NCBI GenBank assembly: GCA_965247095.1
Contig: OZ251997.1
Span: 4,096,001-4,160,000 of the forward strand
Direction: 5' to 3'
From: Candidatus Multivorans sp.
GTDB taxonomy: Bacteria > Acidobacteriota > Thermoanaerobaculia > Multivoradales > Multivoraceae
Length of the DNA: 64,000 nt
In this document: positions 20,187-28,174 of the stretch, one piece after another
Layout: each line of letters starts with the position of its first letter
Numbering within the stretch: position 1 is the first letter of the stretch
The notes under the pieces: generated by a model
What the model saw: only the letters and a program-made list of their open reading frames with translations
What the model was told of the DNA's origin: nothing
Database searches by the model: none
Program-made: the position numbers and the translations under genes

Positions 20187-20938
20187 CGATCATGAGCATC
20201 TTCGATCTGAGCGGACGGACGGCGCTGGTCACCGGCGCCTCGCGCGGGATCGGCCGCGGCTGTGCCGTGCTGCTGGCGCGGCAGGGCGCCCGCGTGGTGC
20301 TGGCGGCCCGGAACGAGGAACTGCTCGGCGAAGTCGCCGCGGAAATCGCCGCTTCAGGGGGCGAGGCCCATGCGATGGCGCTCGATCTGGCCGATCACGA
20401 ACAGGTACCCGGCGCCGTGCGGCAGCTTCCGAAGGAGTTCGCGGCGGTCGACATCCTGGTCAACAACGCCGGCATCACGGCCGACAACCTGTTGGCCCGG
20501 ATGACCCTGGACCAGTGGCAGCGGGTGCAGGACGTGAACCTGACCGGCGTCTTCGTCCTGACCAAGGCGCTCGTGCGGGGCATGATGCGCCGCCGCTTCG
20601 GGCGGATCGTTTCGGTGTCATCGGTGGCCGGCGTGCTCGGCAACGCCGGGCAGGCGAACTACGCCGCCTCGAAGGCCGGGCTGATCGGGTTCAGCAAGTC
20701 CCTCGCTCGCGAGCTGCTGAGCCGGGGGATCACGGTGAACGTTGTCGCGCCGGGCTTCATCGAGACGGACATGACCGCCGCGATGCCGGAGGGCGCCGGC
20801 GAGCGCTTCCTGGAGCAGTACGGCCTTATGCGTCTCGGCACCGTGGACGACATTGCGCCCGCGGTGCTGTTTCTTTCGAGCGACGAGGCGTCCTATGTCA
20901 CCGGCGAAGTCCTGAGCATCAGCGGCGGGATGACCTGA
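20183..20938 (+). CDS. fabG: 3-oxoacyl-ACP reductase
   Basis: TGASRGIG, NNAGIT, GQANYAASK, APGFIETDMT. Confidence 0.97.
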   Translation: MTIMSIFDLSGRTALVTGASRGIGRGCAVLLARQGARVVLAARNEELLGEVAAEIAASGGEAHAMALDLADHEQVPGAVRQLPKEFAAVDILVNNAGITADNLLARMTLDQWQRVQDVNLTGVFVLTKALVRGMMRRRFGRIVSVSSVAGVLGNAGQANYAASKAGLIGFSKSLARELLSRGITVNVVAPGFIETDMTAAMPEGAGERFLEQYGLMRLGTVDDIAPAVLFLSSDEASYVTGEVLSISGGMT

Positions 20939-21041
20939 AGCGCGGCTAGTTGGACGGATCGCCCTTGTGGTGGCATAGTCTCCGTCTGTCAGCGGGCCGG
21001 AAAGGCCAGCCCTGCGCGAACCCCCTTAGAGAGGAACCAGA

Positions 21042-21281
21042 ATGTCCGTAGTCGAAAAGGTCAATAGCATCATTGTCGAGCAGCTCGGAGTCGATGCCGA
21101 CGAAGTCACTCCCCGGGCCAGTTTCACCGACGACCTCGGTGCGGACTCGCTCGACATCGTCGAGTTGGTCATGGCCTTCGAGGAGGAGTTCGGCATCGAG
21201 ATTCCCGACGAGGATGCCGAGAAGATCGGCTCCGTCAAGGAAGCCACCGACTACATCCAGGCGCACGGGGGCGACAACTAG
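21042..21281 (+). CDS. acpP: Acyl carrier protein
   Basis: [20 protein letters not shown]. Confidence 0.98.
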   Translation: MSVVEKVNSIIVEQLGVDADEVTPRASFTDDLGADSLDIVELVMAFEEEFGIEIPDEDAEKIGSVKEATDYIQAHGGDN

Positions 21282-21391
21282 CGCCCCGCGTTGGACCGGC
21301 GCCTTGGCCGGCGCCGGCGGCCCCGAGCGGATTCGCTGACAGCGCCGCCAAACCCGTCACAGACTCCGTGTTTGGCCCCATCCCCCACCTC

Positions 21392-21449
21392 TCCAGTTGG
21401 CCGCGCCGCCGAACGCAACGGAGTGCATTCGGCGGCGCAGCCAACTGGA
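21392..21449. repeat. Long inverted repeat (26-bp arms, 2 mismatches, 6-nt loop) between acpP and fabF
   Basis: TCCAGTTGGCCGCGCCGCCGAACGCA / TGCATTCGGCGGCGCAGCCAACTGGA. Confidence 0.8.
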
Positions 21450-21462
21450 TGGATTCGGGCAT

Positions 21463-22704
21463 ATGAGCGACCGCAGACGCGTCGTCATCACCGGTGTCGG
21501 CCTGGTGTCCCCGCTCGCGGTGGGGACGGAGGCCACGTGGTCCGGCCTGATGGAGGGCCGGAGCGGCGTCGGTGCGATGACGCGGGTTGACTCGTCCCCG
21601 TACACGACGAAGATCGCCGCCGAAGTGCGGGACTTCGACGCGGAGCAGTTCATGCCCCGGAAGGACATCCGCCGCGTCGATCTCTTCATCCAGTTCGCCG
21701 TGGCGGCGGCAGCCCTGGCCCGTGAGGACTCGGGGCTCGAGATCGATGAGGCGAACGCCGATCGCGTCGCCACGGTCGTCGGCTCGGGCATGGGCGGGCT
21801 GCCGCTGATCGAGCACATGCACGACGTGTGGCGCGACCGCGGACCGCGCCGGGTGTCCCCGTTCTTCATCCCCGGCCTGATCGCCAACATGGCGTCCGGC
21901 CAGATCTCGATCCGGCACGGCGCCAAGGGACCGAACTCCTGTCCCACGACCGCCTGCACGACCGGCCTGCACGGGGTCGGCGATGCGTTCCGCCTGATTC
22001 AGCACGGCTACGCCGACGCGGCCTTCGCCGGCGGCACGGAGGCCACGACCTGCGACCTGGCGGTGGCCGGCTTCGGGGCGATGAAGGCGCTCTCGGTGCG
22101 CAACGACGAGCCGGACAGGGCGTCCCGGCCCTGGGATGTCGGCCGCGACGGCTTCGTTCTTGGCGAGGGCTCCGGGGTGCTGATCCTGGAGGAGCGCGAG
22201 GCGGCTCTGGCCCGCGGCGCCCATGCCTATGCCGAAATCCTGGGTTACGGCATGAGCGCAGACGCCTACCACGTGTCGGCGCCGGAACCCGAAGGCGACG
22301 GCGCGGCGCGGGTGATGAAGGCGACGCTCGACGACGCCGGGATCACGCCGGAACGGATCGACTACATCAATGCCCACGGCACCTCGACGCCGCTCGGCGA
22401 CATTGCCGAGGTCCGGGCGATCAAGCGCGTTTTCGGCGACCACGCCTACCGGTTGGCCGTGTCCTCGACGAAGTCGTCGATGGGGCACCTGCTGGGAGCG
22501 GCGGGCGGCGTCGAAGCGGGCATCCTGGCGCTCGCCATCGACCGGCAGGCGCTGCCGGCAACGCTCAACCTCGATCAGCCCGACGAGGAGTGCGACCTGG
22601 ACTTCGTGCCCCACGAGCCCCGCGACGCAAAGGTCGAGGTCGCGCTGACCAACTCCTTCGGCTTCGGCGGCACGAACGGCGCCCTGATCATGGCCCGGGC
22701 GTAG
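21463..22704 (+). CDS. fabF: 3-oxoacyl-ACP synthase II
   Basis: RRVVITGVG, TACTTG, YINAHGTST, GHLLGAAG, NSFGFGGTN. Confidence 0.97.
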   Translation: MSDRRRVVITGVGLVSPLAVGTEATWSGLMEGRSGVGAMTRVDSSPYTTKIAAEVRDFDAEQFMPRKDIRRVDLFIQFAVAAAALAREDSGLEIDEANADRVATVVGSGMGGLPLIEHMHDVWRDRGPRRVSPFFIPGLIANMASGQISIRHGAKGPNSCPTTACTTGLHGVGDAFRLIQHGYADAAFAGGTEATTCDLAVAGFGAMKALSVRNDEPDRASRPWDVGRDGFVLGEGSGVLILEEREAALARGAHAYAEILGYGMSADAYHVSAPEPEGDGAARVMKATLDDAGITPERIDYINAHGTSTPLGDIAEVRAIKRVFGDHAYRLAVSSTKSSMGHLLGAAGGVEAGILALAIDRQALPATLNLDQPDEECDLDFVPHEPRDAKVEVALTNSFGFGGTNGALIMARA

Positions 22705-22719
22705 CGGCGCCAGGGTCGA

Positions 22720-22957
22720 GACCGGCAGTCCCAGCAGCGCCCGCAGCGTCCTCGAAGTAACGGGCCACCGCACCGCGCCCGGCCAGTTCGCTGATCCTCA
22801 GGAGTCCGTCGCTGCCGAGTCGTAGCAGCGCGGCGTCCCGTAGACCGTGGGCGCTGCCCTCGTCCGCCGCAAGCCTGGCGGCGGCGACCGCGTCCTCCCG
22901 CCTCAGGCCATCGACCTGGCCACGGCCCCGAGCAGCGTACTTGCGCTTCCCGCACAT
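22720..22957 (-). pseudogene. Remnant of a Cre-like tyrosine recombinase with large internal deletion
   Basis: GRGQVDGL...RDAALLRLGSDGLLRISE (box I with catalytic Arg) joined directly to LAGRGAVARY; HxxR and catalytic Tyr region missing. Confidence 0.65.
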
Positions 22958-23079
22958 ACCTGATCAGGCTGTCGGACCGAGCCGAGGTCTCAGTAGAGTT
23001 GACCGGAATGACGACCGACTTCGACTGTACGGTCTCAGGCAATCGTTGCACGAACCGGGGCGGCACGGCGGAAAACCGA

Positions 23080-24447
23080 ATGACCAGCGACCGGAAGGCG
23101 GGATTCTCATCGACTGTTCGACAGGCCGGTCCAGGGCGATTCCGAAACAGGAGTCGGGCGCTCCTGCTCGTTGGAGTGCTTCTGGCTCTGGCCGTGCCTG
23201 GGCGTGCCGCCCGGGCGATGCAGGGGCCGCCTGATTGGGTGGAGGACCTCATCCGGGAGGTGCCGCCAGGCTCGGTGACCGAGCGTGTTTTCTTGGCGTC
23301 GCATGTTTCCCGGGCCGAGGTCCACGAGTACCTGGAGCGTCTGGGCCTGGAGCGTCTCGGTCTGGATGGCGGAGCGCTCCTCGACCCTGAGGTCAGCATC
23401 CGCGGGAGCGATGCGTTTCACGGCGTTCTCGAGGCCAGGGCCGACTGGGCGGCGTATCGGCTCGAACTCAACGGGAAGTTCGCATCGCGTCAATTCACCG
23501 AGGTTCTCGGTCAGGCGATGACGGTGACGGCCGTCATCAGCTCCGACGGCCTGCGGATTTCGGACGATCGGGGAGGGTCGCGGACCGAGGCGTACCGGAG
23601 GTTTCCGCTCGACGCATGCGACCGGGGGAGCGAACGGGGCGGTTGCGCTGACCCGGCGTCGTTCCGTGCAACGTTCGATGCAGCGAGCGACGACCACGGC
23701 ACGATCGTCGAGGTCGTCAGAGACAGCCAGGGACTGCCAATCGGCGTGCGGTTCGGCGAGAGTCTGCTGCTTCGCTACAAGTTCACGCCTCCGTTGCCCG
23801 CGCCTCCCGGGAGCGTGCAGGCCGGCGGCCGGTGGCGCGAGCCCTCCTCGTGGGAGCTGATCGACCTTCGGACCTCGGAGATCGTGATCGACTCCGTCGA
23901 TGCCGCCAGGGTGGCTTCCGGGCGTCCGCGTCTTTCTGTGGGCTTGCGGGGCGTCGGCGAAGTCCTTCGCTTCGAGGGTGGAGCGGCGTTTGCCGTGCAG
24001 GGGGGGACTATTGGGTGGCAGCCCTACGCGCTCCTGCCCCTCAACACGACTTCGGACGTCTGGCGCATCGTCCATGCCAGTGGCGGCAGGAGTCGAAACC
24101 ACCAGTTCCGTGTCGACTACACCGACGATCTCGTGCGAGCCCGGATCAGGATCGGGGAAGGCGACCGGAGCATCGTCGTGGAGGCGCCGCGCAGTCGCCA
24201 GAGCCTGGCGCCGGTCTCGTTCGTTCCGATCGTCCTGGCGCCGTTTCACTTCGAGGGTCTCGTGCCGTCGGCGGTCCGCTTTGGGCTCCTCGAAGTGGAA
24301 GCGGGGGTGGTCCGCGAGGCTGCCAGTGTGGAGAATCACTTGCAGTTCGGCCCGGGCAAGGGATGCGAGGTGGAGGCCGAACGCGTCTTGTGCGCGGGTG
24401 GTGCGAGCGACGTGGTCGGCGAGGAGAGCCGCCCCAGCCCCTGGTGA
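23080..24447 (+). CDS. Orphan secreted protein
   Basis: Signal-like RALLLVGVLLALAVPGRAARA; long ORF, no recognised domain; start uncertain. Confidence 0.6.
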   Translation: MTSDRKAGFSSTVRQAGPGRFRNRSRALLLVGVLLALAVPGRAARAMQGPPDWVEDLIREVPPGSVTERVFLASHVSRAEVHEYLERLGLERLGLDGGALLDPEVSIRGSDAFHGVLEARADWAAYRLELNGKFASRQFTEVLGQAMTVTAVISSDGLRISDDRGGSRTEAYRRFPLDACDRGSERGGCADPASFRATFDAASDDHGTIVEVVRDSQGLPIGVRFGESLLLRYKFTPPLPAPPGSVQAGGRWREPSSWELIDLRTSEIVIDSVDAARVASGRPRLSVGLRGVGEVLRFEGGAAFAVQGGTIGWQPYALLPLNTTSDVWRIVHASGGRSRNHQFRVDYTDDLVRARIRIGEGDRSIVVEAPRSRQSLAPVSFVPIVLAPFHFEGLVPSAVRFGLLEVEAGVVREAASVENHLQFGPGKGCEVEAERVLCAGGASDVVGEESRPSPW

Positions 24448-24746
24448 GGCCCGCTCGCCGGGCCGAGGATGGGAGGGGTGAAGGCCTGGCGGTTACCTCG
24501 TCACCGACTCGGGACATGTGGTTGTCGGTCTCGACTCGCTGACGTTCGTGGCCGGATGTCCTTGGTGGTCTGGAAGGGCGGAGAGCCCCGAACACAAACG
24601 CTCGATGTAGGAGGAAGATGGCTCATGCGTTGGTGTGGAGTGCCGGAGCACCGAACAAGGCGAAGTCGTCACTCATGCGAGCAGGCTTGAAAACACACCG
24701 CTGTCTCCTGGCCAACTGAGCCACTTGGCTCGGCCACTACAATCCC

Positions 24747-24775
24747 TTGACACACTGGGCCTTCCGGTGCAGTAT
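24747..24775 (+). promoter_or_regulatory. Putative sigma70 promoter for the leader/aro-his-trp operon
   Basis: Perfect TTGACA 24747-52, 17-bp spacer, weak -10 CAGTAT 24770-75. Confidence 0.55.
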
Positions 24776-24820
24776 CCGGCCTCCTGGAGCCATTTCGGCC
24801 CGTTCCATCTGAACCACGCC

Positions 24821-24925
24821 ATGAACACACCGGCCCGCGACATCGCGATCTCGACCGTCTCCGTCGTCCCTGTGACCGGAGTCGCGTCGAAGGTCTGGTG
24901 GGCTCACGGTCACGGCAAGGGCTGA
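24821..24925 (+). CDS. Putative dual Trp/His attenuation leader peptide MNTPARDIAISTVSVVPVTGVASKVWWAHGHGKG
   Basis: 34 codons (17 if started at GTG 24872); TGG TGG at 24896-901, CAC at 24905 and 24911; stop 80 nt before the first gene of a his+trp operon. Confidence 0.75.
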   Translation: MNTPARDIAISTVSVVPVTGVASKVWWAHGHGKG

Positions 24926-25005
24926 ATCCGGGCCAAGTCCCGGTACGTTGTCCGGGACGAGGGTAAACGAGAAGACCTCCTTCCGGATCGAAGGAGGTCA
25001 TCAGT
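24926..25005 (+). promoter_or_regulatory. Attenuator with alternative hairpins; the final stem sequesters the Shine-Dalgarno of aroDE
   Basis: GACCTCCTTC 24974-83 pairs perfectly with GAAGGAGGTC 24990-99 (SD AAGGAGGT, 7 nt before TTG 25006); GTCCCGG/CCGGGAC 7-bp stem; competing pairings. Confidence 0.75.
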
Positions 25006-26547
25006 TTGAGTTCGACACCCGAGAATCCGCCGCGAGCCACCCTTGCGGAGGTCGCGCGGAGCGCAACCTTGGTGGCGTCGTTGACCGAGGCGCCCAGCGC
25101 GTCCGGCGACGAACTGCGCGCGCTGTCGGAGCGGGCCGACTGCCTCGAGGTGCGGGCGGACCTGGTCGGTGAGATCGGTGTCGAGTGGTTGCGGGAGCGG
25201 TTTGCCGGCGAGCTGCTCTACACGCTGCGGAGCGAGGCGGAAGGGGGCCGCGGACCGGTCGATGCGGGTCGGCGGGCGGAGCGGCTGGCTGCGGCCCGCG
25301 GGTACGACCTGGTCGATCTCGAGGCCGACCGCGATCTGGGCGCGGGCGTCCTCGCCTCGGTCGAGCCTGTCAGGCGGCTGGTGTCCTGGCACGGCCGCGG
25401 CGCCAGTCTCAAGGCGCTGCGAGGCCGGCTCAGACAGGTCTCGGGCGCGGAGGCGCGGCTCTACAAGCTCGTCACCACGCCGAAGAGGTCCGGCGAGGAA
25501 TTGGCGCCGCTCGAACTGCTGCTCGACACCGGCCGGCCGGATGTTGCCGCATTCTCGATAGGCGCCATAGGCGCCTGGACCCGGCAGGTGGCGCCAAGGC
25601 TCGGAGCACCCTGGATCTACGGCGCCGCGGGTTCGCTGGCCGCCGCCCCCGGTCAACCGTCCATCGAACGGCTGCGGGCCGACTACGGCCTGCCGAGCCT
25701 GCCCCGCGTGTCGCGGCTGTTCGGCGTCGTCGGGCACCCGGCGGCGCACAGCCTGTCGCCACGGCTCCACAACGCCGGCTATCGGGACCGCGGTGAGGCC
25801 GCGCTCTACGTCGCCTTCGACGCGCCTTCCTTCGAGACGTTCTGGAGCGAGATCGCGCGGAGCGACTTCTTTGAGCGCGCGGGGCTCCCCCTCAGCGGCC
25901 TGAGCGTCACCGCGCCGCACAAGGCGGCGGCTCTGGCCGCTTCTGCTGCGGCCGGCGACCTGGCGGTAGGAACCGGGGGCGCGAACACCCTGCTCCCGGG
26001 CCTCGGCGCCGCCGCCGACAGGCAGTGGCGGGCAGAGAGCACGGACCCGGAGGGGGTCGTGGGTCCGCTTCGCCGGCGCGGCGTCGAGCTTTCGGGCCGC
26101 ACTGCTGTGGTCATCGGCGCGGGCGGCGCCGGCCGTGCCGCGGCGGCGGGCCTGGCTGCCGCGGGTGCTGTGGTCGCGCTCGCCAACCGCACCGCCTCGA
26201 GCGGCCAGGCAGCCGCGGAGTCGCTCGGCACAGCCTTTGTTCCGCTCGACGAACTGGCGCCCGGCGCGTTCGATGTCGTCGTCAACGCCACCTCGCTCGG
26301 CCACGATCCGGCCGACCCGCTTCCCTGCGATCCCGACGCGCTGCGTGCCTCGGCTGCCGCGGTGGAACTGGTGTACGGCGGCGGACCGACACCCTGGAGC
26401 CGGGCCCTCCGAGCGCGCGGCATTCGGGTTGTGGACGGCCGGGAAGTGTTGCTGCACCAGGGTCTGGCGCAGTTCGAGGCGATGACGGGTAAGCCGCTTC
26501 CGTTCGAGGTCGGCGCCGCGGCCCTGGGATTGGAGGCGCCGCGATGA
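25006..26547 (+). CDS. aroDE: Bifunctional type I 3-dehydroquinate dehydratase / shikimate dehydrogenase (AroD-AroE fusion)
   Basis: CLEVRAD, YTLRSEAEGG, VSWH, AAPGQ (DHQase I); HSLSPRLHN, SVTAPHK, GAGGAGRA, VVNATSLG, LLHQGLAQF (SDH). Confidence 0.92.
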   Translation: MSSTPENPPRATLAEVARSATLVASLTEAPSASGDELRALSERADCLEVRADLVGEIGVEWLRERFAGELLYTLRSEAEGGRGPVDAGRRAERLAAARGYDLVDLEADRDLGAGVLASVEPVRRLVSWHGRGASLKALRGRLRQVSGAEARLYKLVTTPKRSGEELAPLELLLDTGRPDVAAFSIGAIGAWTRQVAPRLGAPWIYGAAGSLAAAPGQPSIERLRADYGLPSLPRVSRLFGVVGHPAAHSLSPRLHNAGYRDRGEAALYVAFDAPSFETFWSEIARSDFFERAGLPLSGLSVTAPHKAAALAASAAAGDLAVGTGGANTLLPGLGAAADRQWRAESTDPEGVVGPLRRRGVELSGRTAVVIGAGGAGRAAAAGLAAAGAVVALANRTASSGQAAAESLGTAFVPLDELAPGAFDVVVNATSLGHDPADPLPCDPDALRASAAAVELVYGGGPTPWSRALRARGIRVVDGREVLLHQGLAQFEAMTGKPLPFEVGAAALGLEAPR

Positions 26548-27539
26548 AGATCTCCGCCGGCCTGCCGACCGGAGTGTCGGCCGCTCTCTTCGACAGCGTG
26601 AAGCGCCGCCGCCGGCTGGAGGCGCGTTTGACCGCACTGCTCGAGGAGCGCGGCTTCGGCGAGGTGCTGCTGCCCATCCTCGACTACTTCGAGCCGTATC
26701 GGCCCCTGCTGCAGGGGCGCCGGCTGGAGCAGCTCTACCGCTTCGTCGACCGGGACGGTCAACTGCTCGTGCTGCGCGGCGATTTCACGCCGATGTTGGC
26801 GCGGCTGCTCGCCCCCCACCTGGACGACCTGGAACTGCCGCTCCGTCTGTATTACCGCGGCGACGTGGTGCGGCATCAGCCCTTGCGTCCCGGCCGGATG
26901 CGCGAGTACTCGCAGTTGGGCGCCGAGCTGCTGGGCGGCGACCGCACCGAGGCGGACGAGCGGATGCTGACCCTGTTCCTCGACCTGCTGCTACAGGCCT
27001 GCGGCGATGTCTCGCCCGCATCCGGCGACGACGCCGCGCTCCGGGTCGTCCTCGGCATCGCCGGCGCCCTCGACGAGCCCTTGCTCTCGGCGGCCGGAGA
27101 GGGCGCGGCCGGCGAACTGGCGCTGCGGATCGCAAGCCGCGACCGGCAGGCCGCGCGCCGGGCCGGTCTCGGCGATGTCGTAGAGCGTGGCTATCCGGAA
27201 GATCTCTCCGTGTTCGGGGACGCCGCCGATGCGGTGACTGAACTGCTCTTGCTCCGCGACCGGCTTTCCGCCGGGTACCGCGACCTTGGCATCGAGGTCG
27301 AGGTCGATCTCGCCGAGTTCGCCGCCGCCACTCTCGACCCGAGGGTCGGCGTTTCCGCGGGCACGCGCGGGTACTACGACGGCCTCATGTTCGCGGCCTA
27401 CGCGCCGGGTACCGCCCTGGCCTTGGGGGTTGGCGGCCGCTACGACAGGGTGTTCCGGTCGCTCAGCGGCGACTGCTCGGCGATCGGTTTCTCGTTCGGC
27501 CTCGACCTGCTGGTGGAACTGGAGGGGGTCGGAGCATGA
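26544..27539 (+). CDS. hisZ: ATP phosphoribosyltransferase regulatory subunit
   Basis: HisRS-like: YRFVDRDG...LRGDFTPMLAR, REYSQLGAELLG, YYDG, GGRYD, AIGFSF; precedes short hisG. Confidence 0.92.
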   Translation: MKISAGLPTGVSAALFDSVKRRRRLEARLTALLEERGFGEVLLPILDYFEPYRPLLQGRRLEQLYRFVDRDGQLLVLRGDFTPMLARLLAPHLDDLELPLRLYYRGDVVRHQPLRPGRMREYSQLGAELLGGDRTEADERMLTLFLDLLLQACGDVSPASGDDAALRVVLGIAGALDEPLLSAAGEGAAGELALRIASRDRQAARRAGLGDVVERGYPEDLSVFGDAADAVTELLLLRDRLSAGYRDLGIEVEVDLAEFAAATLDPRVGVSAGTRGYYDGLMFAAYAPGTALALGVGGRYDRVFRSLSGDCSAIGFSFGLDLLVELEGVGA

Positions 27540-28174
27540 TCACATTCGGCCTGCCGAAGGGACGCAACCTCGGACCGGCGCGCGACGCGCTTGCGGCCGC
27601 GGGCATGGGTCTCACCGATCTCGATGCCTCGCTTCTACGCCAGCGCTTCGGAGGCGTTGGGGTGTTGGGGGTCGAGGTCGAGGTGCTGCTGCTCAAGGAC
27701 TGGGACCTGCCGCTCTATGTCGAGCACGGGATCGTCGACTGCGCGATCATAGGCTCAGACGTGCTGGAGGAGACCCAGCCCGATGTCTTCCAGCCGTTGC
27801 GGCTCCTGGACGGCCGCAGCCGCCTGTCGCTGATTGCCCAGACGCCGGAACTGCCGCGGCGGAGCGGCCAGCTTCGGGCCGCGACGCGTTATCCGGCGTG
27901 GGCGGCGCGGCTTCTTGCCGCCCGCAACCTGCACGTCGAGGTGCTGAGCCTGACCAGCTCGATCGAACTCGGGCCGTTGCTCGATCTGACCGACATGGCG
28001 GTCGACATCGTGCAGACCGGCGCCACGCTCAAAACCCACGACCTGCACGAGGTCGAGGTGCTGGCTCAGGTGGCGCCGACCTTCGTGGTCAACCGGGCTT
28101 CGTTCCACGCCCACCGGCGCCGGCTGAGCCGGCTGCTGTGCGCGCTCGAAGAAGCGGGGGCCGCCGGTGACTGA
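27536..28174 (+). CDS. hisG: ATP phosphoribosyltransferase, short form
   Basis: LPKGR, DLPLYVEHG, GSDVLEE, ATRYP, SIELGP, DIVQTGATLK. Confidence 0.94.
   Translation: MITFGLPKGRNLGPARDALAAAGMGLTDLDASLLRQRFGGVGVLGVEVEVLLLKDWDLPLYVEHGIVDCAIIGSDVLEETQPDVFQPLRLLDGRSRLSLIAQTPELPRRSGQLRAATRYPAWAARLLAARNLHVEVLSLTSSIELGPLLDLTDMAVDIVQTGATLKTHDLHEVEVLAQVAPTFVVNRASFHAHRRRLSRLLCALEEAGAAGD

Noticed and set aside
24635-24925. 96-aa ORF from the ORF track as the real product
   Set aside because: Its 5' part spans the putative promoter; only the portion from ATG 24821 (or GTG 24872) would be transcribed.
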